Position numbers and translations under genes: made by a program
In this document: positions 51,670-60,900 of the stretch, one piece after another
Layout of the letters: the number at the start of each line of letters is the position of its first letter
Position numbering within the stretch: the first letter of the stretch is position 1
Origin: a virus
IMG/VR virus record: IMGVR_UViG_3300042934_001067
Coordinates: 92,277 to 156,276 of that record
Length of the DNA: 64,000 nucleotides
Strand: one strand, 5' to 3'
Notes under the pieces: generated by a model
What the model saw: the letters and a program-made list of their open reading frames with translations, nothing else
Told to the model about the DNA's origin: nothing
The model's database searches: none

Positions 51670-53217
51670 TCAGCCGTCGGACGGGACGGGCCGGACGACG
51701 ACACGGCCTATCTGGGGTGTCCACGCCTGGCTGTTCAGGTCGAGGGTGATCCGCAGGTACTGCATGCCGGGCGGGATGGGGCGGGCGTTGCGTGCCCAGG
51801 TCTGGTTCCAGTCGGCTGTCGTGGGGGCCAGCGGCTCCCAGGCCAGGAGGAGCGGCGTCCAGGTGACGTTGTCGGCAGAGACGTGGGCGGTGATCTCGTT
51901 GTCGTGGTTGTCCGGGTTCCAGTCCTGCCACCAGGTGAAGGCATGCAGGGTGAAGTCCCGGATCCCTGCCGCCTGGCGGTAGGTGATGGTGCCGGGGCCG
52001 ATGTCGTTGCGCTTGGCCCGGCTGAGGTCCCCTGCCTTCGAGCCGTCGGTGTCGCCCACGTCCAGGCCCGTGTTCGCATCGTGCGCGAAGACCTTGGTCC
52101 AGTCGTCGAGTCTGTCGTCGATCGCGCCGTCGAGGAGATAGATCAGCCCGAGCTTGTCCAGCGCTGACACGAGCGACAGCAGTGCGGTCCGGCCGGGCGC
52201 ATTCGCAGCGAGGCCGCTGGTGCTCACCAACGGGCGTGTTGTCCCGGCCGCGCCGAACGCGCCGAACTTGCTGGACGGTCCGGCGAGCACTGCGTCCCTG
52301 CGCGGGGTGAGGAAGTTCGGGACGACTGTCGTGCCGAGGACTGCAACGTAGGGGTCCGAGGTGAGCCAGCTCAGGTCCGGCGGGGTCCCCTGACCGAGGA
52401 CGACACTGCCGTCCTCGGAGATCTGGACTCCGGGAGGCAGAGCGACGGTGCTGTCCGTGGGCGCGGTGACTCCGGAGCCGACCACCACGGCACCCTGACG
52501 TGCTGCCGCTGCGCTGGCGTTCCGGCCGAGAACCACCTGCTCCAGCTGCTGGGCATTCCCGCCCGAGCCGAGGACTACCGTGGACGCCGAGCCGGTCGCC
52601 CCAGCGCCCGCGACGACGGCACGTGCGCCAGCTGTCGCGTCTCCGAGAACGACCGCCTCGGGGCCGTCGGGCGAGGCATCCGGGCCGAGGACCGAAGAGC
52701 CCTCTCCCTGGGCGCCGTTCGGATCCCGGCCGACCCATGTCTGGCGGGGGTAGATGTCCCGCAGGCTGGTCTGTCCGAGCATCGTGGATCCGGGTGCGTT
52801 GCCCTCGTGCTTGTGGAACCGGAGAACATCCAGGACCTGCCAGGTTGCCGATCCGTCCGGAGAGACGGCCAGCATGGCGCTTCCGTCCAGGCCCTCGGCC
52901 GAGCCGATGCGGACCGGCTGCTCGCTGCGCACTGTGCTGGCCGGGGCAGGGCCGATGTCGACTCCCGACCGGGTGAACGTCGCGCTGCCGGGCAGCAGGG
53001 CCTGGACGGTGACCCGCAGCGGGGTGTCCGTCCAGAGGTTGATGACGCCCGGGGTGATCAGAATGGGCCACTGCTGAGGAGCGCCGCCGTACGGCTCCAG
53101 GTACACCGGTTCCGCGATGGGCACGCCCGTGTCCAGGCTCAGCAGCGTCACCTCCGCGTACGGGTAGGTCACGCCGGACGAGTCGACGAGAGGGAGGTAC
53201 AGGTGGCAGCGTTCCAC
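51670..53217 (-). CDS. Tail fibre-like protein (YadA-like repeats, C-terminal beta-sandwich)
   Basis: N-terminal module shared with neighbours; SSVLG/AVVLG/VVAG repeats. Confidence 0.65.
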   Translation of the reverse strand: MERCHLYLPLVDSSGVTYPYAEVTLLSLDTGVPIAEPVYLEPYGGAPQQWPILITPGVINLWTDTPLRVTVQALLPGSATFTRSGVDIGPAPASTVRSEQPVRIGSAEGLDGSAMLAVSPDGSATWQVLDVLRFHKHEGNAPGSTMLGQTSLRDIYPRQTWVGRDPNGAQGEGSSVLGPDASPDGPEAVVLGDATAGARAVVAGAGATGSASTVVLGSGGNAQQLEQVVLGRNASAAAARQGAVVVGSGVTAPTDSTVALPPGVQISEDGSVVLGQGTPPDLSWLTSDPYVAVLGTTVVPNFLTPRRDAVLAGPSSKFGAFGAAGTTRPLVSTSGLAANAPGRTALLSLVSALDKLGLIYLLDGAIDDRLDDWTKVFAHDANTGLDVGDTDGSKAGDLSRAKRNDIGPGTITYRQAAGIRDFTLHAFTWWQDWNPDNHDNEITAHVSADNVTWTPLLLAWEPLAPTTADWNQTWARNARPIPPGMQYLRITLDLNSQAWTPQIGRVVVRPVPSDG

Positions 53218-53226
53218 GGTGGCCTC

Positions 53227-55473
53227 TCAGGCGGTGGGCAGGGTGATGCTGGAGGGCAGCGGCTGGAAGACGATGTAGGACCACTGGGTAGCGCCTTCGG
53301 GGCCGCTGTGGAAGCCGATCCCCCTGCCGCTCTGGTAGTAGCTGGCGGTGTAGTAGGCGGACTGAACGCCGTTGATGAACACCTTGAACCGGTCGGCCCA
53401 GTTGCGGATGGCGATGTGGTCGCCCACCTTCAGCTGCGTGGCCCAGGTATGGATCTTCGTCAGGTTGCCGTTGATGGAGACGTACATGCCGTTGGTGGTG
53501 ACCTGGTAGTAGTTGTTCGTGTCCACGGCCCGGAAGACGAGGCCCCCCGAAGGGCTGATCCAGCGGGTGCCCAGCACGCCGTACGGCCAGGCCACGTTGA
53601 AGGTCGCCCACCCGTTGACGGGGATCGCCAGGCCGTTCTTGCTGGCGGTGACCGCACCCGTCAGAGACCAGGTCTCCCCGGACGGTGTCTTGGTCGGCGT
53701 GTACGTCCCTGACGGGGGTGTCTGGACCTCCAGGGCGCCCATGTCGTAGTAGAAAAAATCTCCGCTGGGTTGCTGCAGCGCCGTCCAGCCGTACATGAAG
53801 TTCTCGGTGCCCCGGGTGTCGAAGCCCACGAAGTTGCCGGTGGTGGGCAGGTTCGAGAAGACCCCCGGATTGGGCAGGCCGAGGGCGTTGCGCTGGTAGG
53901 AGCGCGGGGCTCGGAAGGGGACGGCGAGAGCCTCGTCGATGATGACGAAGGCGTTCTGTCCGAACGTGCCCACCGTGAAGTTGTGGGAGTTGCCGTCCCA
54001 GACGTTGATCAGGCCGTTGAGACTGACCGCAGCGGAGTCGGCGGTCTCGGCGTCCCAGGGGCCGAGAGCGGCCGGTGTCGTCAGGCGCATGCCGACGGTG
54101 TTGTTGTTCTGGCAGAAGGCGACGTAGGCCCGCGTGCTGGCAGCCGTCCAGGGGGCGGTGCCGGGGTGCCGGAGGGCGAAGGCGAAGTCCTTGGGCGCCC
54201 ACGTGTAGTCCGCGTCGCGGCTGCCGTCAGGGCTGTTCGTCGGGACGCCGGTGGACATCGGCAGGACGTCGATGGAGGCCGCACCGCGCGTGCCGCCCAC
54301 GGACCGCAGAGCCCCGTAGCCGTCGCTGCTGCCCTTGAGTGCGCCGTAGGCGCCGTTGCGCCACTGGTCGAGCGCCCACTGGGGAGAGCTGTCCTTCGGG
54401 CCGAGCAGCGGCGCGTAGGCGTACGGGACGCGGGAGTAGTCGGGCAGGCCGAGCGTGCCGTCGTCGGGGTTGGCGCGGAACAGTCCGTCGATGAGACCGG
54501 CGGACACCTGGCCGGGGACGGCGGAGGGGGAGAACTGGTTGTCCCAGGAGTACACCGCCATGGGGTGCGGCGTCGGGATCTTCGTCCCGAAGGCGAGCAC
54601 CAGCTGTGGCCCCTGGGCGGTGTAGCGGACCGTGAGGCCCTCGGGCTCTCGGTACTCCAACGCGGATCCTGCGGTGACGAGGACTACGTCCGCACGTGAA
54701 CTGTCCTCGATGCGTATGGCCGTGATGTACGTGTTGCCCGGCGCGGGGTTGCTGGTTCCGTAGGCGGAGCCGGTGAGGACGTAGTGGTACGGGCCGAAGA
54801 GGGCGTGGCTCTGGAAGGCGCCGCCCGGCAGGCCTCCGGTCTCCGAGGTGGACTGGCGGGTCTGGGAGAGCAGGGTGTAGTCACCCTCCCGCATGGCGTC
54901 CATGTCGAAGGTGCCGAACGACGGGTGGTTCCCGTCGGCGGGGTCCGTCCAGCGGGCGCCGATCCGGCGGGTGGAGCAGTCCACGACCGGCATGATGTGA
55001 GCCGTGTTCGGCAACGGATCGAACATTTCCATGCTCTCGTCACCGGAGTCGACGACGGCCTGGTCGACGAACTTGAAGCGGGCGATCTTGCAGCCGTAGC
55101 CGGTGGTACCGTCCGACACCGAGTCGGCCTCGGCCCAGATGTACGTGTCGGACCCCACGGGCTCCACACCGAAACTGCCGTGGCCCATGCCCCGGCAGAT
55201 CATCCAGCCTGTCAGCGCCCCGGTAGCCGGGTTCAGCCGGTTGATGACCATGTCGCCCTGCAGGCGCCTGACAGAGCTGGACAGGGGCCCCGGCTCGTCC
55301 GCCAGCTGCACTCCGGAGTGCATCATCTGTGAGACGAACATGGGCCCGTTGACGTCGTCGTAGGCGATCTGCTGATGCACCGTGGTGTGGTACAGCACCG
55401 TCTCAGGCAGGACTTGACGGGGGGTCTCCGTGACAACGAAGCGGTCCGGCACCGTCGTGGGGGGTGTCGTCAC
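53227..55473 (-). CDS. Receptor-binding protein with TagC/P68-RBP-like beta-propeller
   Basis: QQIAYD...MFVSQ...GMGHGSFGVE...IWAE...IARFKF...REPEGL. Confidence 0.7.
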   Translation of the reverse strand: MTTPPTTVPDRFVVTETPRQVLPETVLYHTTVHQQIAYDDVNGPMFVSQMMHSGVQLADEPGPLSSSVRRLQGDMVINRLNPATGALTGWMICRGMGHGSFGVEPVGSDTYIWAEADSVSDGTTGYGCKIARFKFVDQAVVDSGDESMEMFDPLPNTAHIMPVVDCSTRRIGARWTDPADGNHPSFGTFDMDAMREGDYTLLSQTRQSTSETGGLPGGAFQSHALFGPYHYVLTGSAYGTSNPAPGNTYITAIRIEDSSRADVVLVTAGSALEYREPEGLTVRYTAQGPQLVLAFGTKIPTPHPMAVYSWDNQFSPSAVPGQVSAGLIDGLFRANPDDGTLGLPDYSRVPYAYAPLLGPKDSSPQWALDQWRNGAYGALKGSSDGYGALRSVGGTRGAASIDVLPMSTGVPTNSPDGSRDADYTWAPKDFAFALRHPGTAPWTAASTRAYVAFCQNNNTVGMRLTTPAALGPWDAETADSAAVSLNGLINVWDGNSHNFTVGTFGQNAFVIIDEALAVPFRAPRSYQRNALGLPNPGVFSNLPTTGNFVGFDTRGTENFMYGWTALQQPSGDFFYYDMGALEVQTPPSGTYTPTKTPSGETWSLTGAVTASKNGLAIPVNGWATFNVAWPYGVLGTRWISPSGGLVFRAVDTNNYYQVTTNGMYVSINGNLTKIHTWATQLKVGDHIAIRNWADRFKVFINGVQSAYYTASYYQSGRGIGFHSGPEGATQWSYIVFQPLPSSITLPTA

Positions 55474-55483
55474 AATACGCTCC

Positions 55484-57097
55484 TCACGAAGTGGTGGAGT
55501 TGGTGATCAGCCCGAGCCCGGTCAGCGCCGAGATGAGATTGCGCAGCACGAGGTTGCCGCCGTCGGAACCGGTGACGGTCGGTCGGACCGTTCCCTCGGC
55601 GCCGAAGAACCCGAGCCGTGAGGAGGCGTCCGTGCCGAGGTTCACTCCGGCCAGGGCGTAGAGCCTGTTGGCGACAGCGGTGATCCCGTACGGGAAGTCT
55701 GGGTTGCCGAGCAGTGTCTGCATGGCAGCGGATGTCTTCGCCCCGTTGCCGATGGCGGTCGAGTTGTTGTGGGTGGCGGCAACAACCGCGTTGGCGCCCA
55801 CGGCAAGACTTCCGCTGGCCAGTGCCTGGGCGTTCTGCCCCAGCGCCACGGCGCCCTGGGCGCCCGAGCCGACGTAGGCGTTGTACCCGACGGCGGTCCC
55901 GCCCTCGCCGTACACCTCCGCGCTGCGGCCGACAGCGATACCGTCGGCCGAGTCGACATAGGCGTCCGTTCCCACCGCCGTCCAGCCCGTGCTCGCCAGA
56001 GATCCGCTCGCGCGCGGCCCGATGGCGACCGAGCTGACCGAGGGGGCCTTGGCCTCCGCGCCGACCGCGACCGTGTCAGCGGCGGTTGCCTGCGCCTGCG
56101 ATCCGAACGCGGTGGCCTTGTCCGCCGTGGCCTGGGCAGAGCTTCCGACAGCGATCGAGGCGACTCCGGAAGCGACGGCCGAGGCGCCGAGCAGTACGGA
56201 GTTGGCGCCCGATCCTGCGTGGGTGTGCGCAGGGACCTGGCCGCCGTACATGACCCTCAGGCCGGTCATCCACATCTCATGACCCATACCGGCCACGAAC
56301 ATGGCGGCACCCTGGAACTCCACGGACGCCGACGCGTAGGTCCCGGCAGCGAGGGGGAACCGGTAGAACCCCCACGTGCGGGTCTCGGTCAGCGTCTGCA
56401 GGACCGTCTTGGCCCCGCCCAGCGGTGTGACCGAGATGGTGATGCTCTCGTTGGCGGCCAGGGACGGCATCAGCCACATCGACACGAAGCCCGGCTCCGT
56501 CATGGTGAACCCGGGCGTGGTGACCACCAGACTGCCCGCGTCCCCAGTGTGCTTGCCGTGCAGCGACCGGGAGAAGCCCCAGTCCGTCGGAGCGTCCGCT
56601 GGATAGTCCCGGCTGCTGGTCGCGGCCTGCGTGAACGACCAGCCCGCCGGATCCCGGGCGAGAGCAAAATCCTCACTGACGACGGTGACCTGCGGGGTGA
56701 CACCCGAATTCGTCGGAACCTGCCCCCACACGGCCTGCCCTGGTGTGGCTCCCGCCATGAGCACGTTGCCCGGCACCTGTTCGCCGACGATGAGCAGGGG
56801 GCTGTCCGTACGGGCGGTCTCCTCGGGCGGAGGCGCGGCGTCCAGGTACACGACGATGTCGGAGTGAACATCGTGCTGGACCAGAACGGACACGCGCTGC
56901 GGCTTGTCCACCCAGAAGTCGATCGTGCCGTTCGCCGTGACGTAGGGGTTGGTCAGCCGCTCGTTACCGGTGGGCCCCTTGTACAGCGGCTGGGCGAGCT
57001 TCACGGACATGCCTGCCTCGCGCACCGTGACCTGCGCGCCGTACAGCAGGTCTCCGTTCTCGCCGATGATCGGCCGCATTACGTGTGCTCGCGCCAC
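55484..57097 (-). CDS. Tail fibre-like protein with YadA-head repeats
   Basis: About 14-aa repeats SIAVG/ATAFG/TVAVG/SVAIG/AVALG/STAIG. Confidence 0.72.
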   Translation of the reverse strand: MARAHVMRPIIGENGDLLYGAQVTVREAGMSVKLAQPLYKGPTGNERLTNPYVTANGTIDFWVDKPQRVSVLVQHDVHSDIVVYLDAAPPPEETARTDSPLLIVGEQVPGNVLMAGATPGQAVWGQVPTNSGVTPQVTVVSEDFALARDPAGWSFTQAATSSRDYPADAPTDWGFSRSLHGKHTGDAGSLVVTTPGFTMTEPGFVSMWLMPSLAANESITISVTPLGGAKTVLQTLTETRTWGFYRFPLAAGTYASASVEFQGAAMFVAGMGHEMWMTGLRVMYGGQVPAHTHAGSGANSVLLGASAVASGVASIAVGSSAQATADKATAFGSQAQATAADTVAVGAEAKAPSVSSVAIGPRASGSLASTGWTAVGTDAYVDSADGIAVGRSAEVYGEGGTAVGYNAYVGSGAQGAVALGQNAQALASGSLAVGANAVVAATHNNSTAIGNGAKTSAAMQTLLGNPDFPYGITAVANRLYALAGVNLGTDASSRLGFFGAEGTVRPTVTGSDGGNLVLRNLISALTGLGLITNSTTS

Positions 57098-57156
57098 GAC
57101 GCCTCCCTCTGCTCACCCCTTGGAGGTCGAACGGAAGGAGGCGCACAGCAACCCGC

Positions 57157-57930
57157 TTACGCTCCGCTGCCCTCGTCCGGCGGGACCGGCGGCACGTACG
57201 GAGGCAGCTCCTGCGTGAACAGCAGACCGGTGTCCGTGACACCGAGGAGGAACGGGATGCCGCCCGGGCTGCGCAGGGTGACCGTGCCGGGGAGGTCGAC
57301 CTGGTCCTGGTCCGTGCCGAGCCGGACCTGGTTGGGGCGGTCGGTCACAGCACCCGCGCCGACGGCCGTGGAATGGTCGTAGACGGCCTGGGCGGCGTCA
57401 CCCAGCGCGGTGGCCTGCGTGCCCTGGGCCAGCGCCGACTGCCCTACGGCAATGGCACCGGACTGCGAGGCGGCCGACTGGGAGCCTACGGCGACGCTCC
57501 CGGCCTCGCTGGTCGCCGCCTGGTATCCGAGGGCCGTAGAGAGGTCGGCAGTGGCCTGCGCGCCGCTGCCCAGCGACGTCGACCCCTGGCCGGAGGACAC
57601 CGAGTCGGCCCCGACCTGGGTGGAGTTCGCGCCTGCCCCGGGGTGGGAGGAGTCTGAGCCGACAGCGAGGACATCGACGTCGTCCCAGAACTGCTCAGGG
57701 TCGGTGCCGACCGTGACGCCGATCTGCAGCCGGGTCGGCGAGTCGAGGTAGAAGTCGATCTCGCCGTTGACGGCCTCCCACGGGTTCGGGTAGGTGGTGC
57801 CGCCGGTGGCCTCGGTGTAGACCGTGTCGGTGAGCAGGTCGGTGCCCCCGGCGGCCAGGAGCCGGACCGTGGCCGTGTCGACCTGGTTGCCCTCCCTGTC
57901 CAGGAGGGCACGGTTGAAGTGGGCGCGCAC
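57157..57930 (-). CDS. Short tail fibre-like protein with YadA-head repeats
   Basis: STQVG/STSLG/STALG/SVAVG/AIAVG repeats, NQVRLG neck. Confidence 0.72.
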   Translation of the reverse strand: MRAHFNRALLDREGNQVDTATVRLLAAGGTDLLTDTVYTEATGGTTYPNPWEAVNGEIDFYLDSPTRLQIGVTVGTDPEQFWDDVDVLAVGSDSSHPGAGANSTQVGADSVSSGQGSTSLGSGAQATADLSTALGYQAATSEAGSVAVGSQSAASQSGAIAVGQSALAQGTQATALGDAAQAVYDHSTAVGAGAVTDRPNQVRLGTDQDQVDLPGTVTLRSPGGIPFLLGVTDTGLLFTQELPPYVPPVPPDEGSGA

Positions 57931-57939
57931 GAGGGCTCC

Positions 57940-60900
57940 TTAGCGGTTGAGGACGAATGCGTCGGTGAGCGAGTGGCGCGCCGGGGACGGCGGGTTACCC
58001 TCGTCGGTTCCCTCGGCGACAGCCTCAGGCAGGGTGATTGCGGGCAGCGGGTCGGTCTTCGGGGCGTTCTGGCGCAGCCACTGGCGGGAGGCCAGCCACC
58101 AGTCCTGCGGGATGGGGTGCTGCCAGCCCTGGAACAGCGGGTCGGCCTCGACCGGCGGGTAGTAGTCGGCCAGCGACGAGGGCGAGCCTGCCGCCTGCAG
58201 CGTGTCCAGGTAGGGAACGGCGCCGGACAGGGTGGCGTACCAGGGCCGCAGGACGACCGACGACACCGACAGGTCGGGGGCGTAGCCGGTGGCCCGCCAC
58301 CTGAGCTGGGTGCCGCCGGAGCGGTCGACAGCGGGCAGGTCGGGGAACTGGAAGACGCCGCGCGGGTTGTTGCGGATGTTCAGCATCTCGTGCCAGGTGA
58401 TGCCGCCGTCGCGGGAGATCTCCCAGATGATGGGGTCGTTGAACACGGACAGGCTGTCGGTGTGCCAGGCGTCCGTGCCCGCCTCGCCCTGCTGGATGAT
58501 CCGGACCCGGACGTCGTGGACGTTGTCGACGTCCCAGTCCTGGGTGACGTCGCCCCACATGCCGAGGGCCTCGACGTCGCCCCAGGAGCGGGTGTCACCA
58601 GCGGAGACCATGTCCCAGGTGGCCGCTCCGGCCGGGGCGCTCGTCCGTACGGTCGTGCCGACGTACCACTCCGCGATCTGGGCCGCGTTGACGGTCTGCG
58701 AGGCCTCCGCGAGGATCCGGCCGTCCCCGTTGACCAGCTGCAGCACGAGGGGCCGCTGCAGCGGCCCGGTGGTGTAGACGCGGGCAGCCGCGTACAGACG
58801 CCCGCCCGGCGCGGGCTGGACCGGGCGCAGCGACTCGATCCCTCCGAAGTCCGCCTCGCTGGTGGAGTTCTCCACCTCCCACCACAGGGGCCGGTTCGGC
58901 AGCGGGTTGGAGTCCTCGAAATCACCCCACGTCGGGAACCGCGACTCCAGCGCACCCCAGGAGGACACAGAGTGGCCGCGCGCGACCTCGGCCATCCGGC
59001 CGATGGTGGACGCGTACCGGTCCGACGACGTGATGGTGGAGTCGCCGACCGGGCGCCAGAACCGCAGACTCGGATCGTCGAAGTCCGGGTCGGCGACCAG
59101 CTGCTTGGCCTCGGAGGTCTGGGCCGCGAACTGCACACCGAGCACCCGGCGCTTGGAGATGAACGCCTTGGACGTCATCCGGGTGCCCGTCCACGGCGGC
59201 TGGCCGACCGTGACCATCGCCGCACCGGTGTGCTTCCAGCCGCCCTGCTCGTCGTCCGTGTACCCGGTCAGGTAGGCCGTGTCGTGGAACAGCTCCACGT
59301 ACTGCTCGGTGTCCCGCTGCGCGACCGGATCAGCCAGGTAGGCCAGCACCTGGCTGATCGCCACGGTGTACCCGACCTTCGTGTCCATCGCCAGCTGCAT
59401 CGTCTGGTACCGGTGGCGGCCCGTACTGGTGAAGCGCGGCGCCCGCGTGCCCGGCAGCGGCATGTACGGGAACCGCTGCCCGGACCGGCGCAGCTGCTGC
59501 GCGGCCAGCGGGTCCGGCGCGTACAGCGCCTCCGTGGCCTTGTACGGCACATCGCTGGCGGTGCTGCCGATGATGCGGTTGGCGTCGATGTACTGGTAGA
59601 CCGTACCCTGCTCCGTCGCTACCCGCGCACCGGCCGGAGCAGCTCCCGACGCCGAGGTACCCGTCGCCATCACCCCGGACGGCTGCCCGCTGTCGGGCGG
59701 GAAGAGCCTGGTGTCCACCAGCGGCGCGGCCTGGCTCGGGGTGAGCACCATCGGCTGCAGGTTGGTGAACTCCAGCTTCAGGTGGCGTGCCTTGACCGGA
59801 CGGAACTTCAGTAGTCCCTTGCGCAGGGTGAAGTCGCCCGGCACCGGGGTCCACACCAGGTCGTCGATGGCGACCGGCGGCCCGCCGATGAGGCCCCACG
59901 GGCACACCGAGTCCGCGCCCGGCGTGACCAGAGACGGATCCATCCGCAACAGCGCGCTGCCACTGGTGTGCGCCGCCTGGTCGACGCCGTAGCCCGGGGG
60001 CAGCGCGTAGGCGGCCGGGTCCTGCCAGTAGTCCTCGATCGTGGCGATGTCAGCCGCACGCCCGCGCGCCAGGAACAGGTGCGCCAGCCGCAGGGAGCCC
60101 CCCTCGCCCTGGAGCGGGCCGCCGAGCCGGATGACGTTCGGCGGGGCCATGTCCTGGACGTGGGTGTGCTCCTGGATCCGCGTGTCCCACGGCGTGCGGA
60201 CGGTCAGGGTCGACCCGTCGTACGCGACCGCCAGCGGGATGCGCGAGTTGAACCCGAACGCAGCAGCGTCCAGTTCCACCGAGCGCTCGGCCAGCCGCAC
60301 CACCAGGGCCCCGTCCACGATCGCGATCGTCAGCGCGGGCGTGTCCAGGACCGTCCACTGACCGGTGTCCTCCGAGGTGAACTGGGGCTGGACCGTCATC
60401 GCCAGCAGGAACGGCTCGCCCGGGTCCCACTGGCAGGCCCGGTTGTCGATGTCCAGGTACGAGCGCGCGGTCGCGAACAGCAGCCCCTCGGAGTCCACCG
60501 TGGGCACCTCCGACGCCGCCCGGACCAGAGGCAGCGTCAGCGGGGTGTCGCTCGGCACGAACCGGTCCGGGACCACCGTCTCGTCCGTGTAGTACAGATT
60601 CACCGATGGACCGGACGTGACCGGGTCAAGGTACAGCCGGTCGACGACTTGACCCTTGCCCTCGGCCGTCCTCAGGTCCAGGTGCAGACTCACCACCGCG
60701 TTCGGCACCGGCTGGGGCGCGCACCGCCAGATGCCGTTCGCGGGAGGCACCAGGTTGTCCGCCCGGTTGCGCCGCAGGACGTAGTCAACCTGCGAGCCGA
60801 GCATGTCAGTCGACCCGGCGATCGGAGTTGTGTGCTCGGCATCGACCTGCGGCAGCCACGGCAGGTCGGTCAAGGACGCAGCCCGGTAGGACACCAGGGC

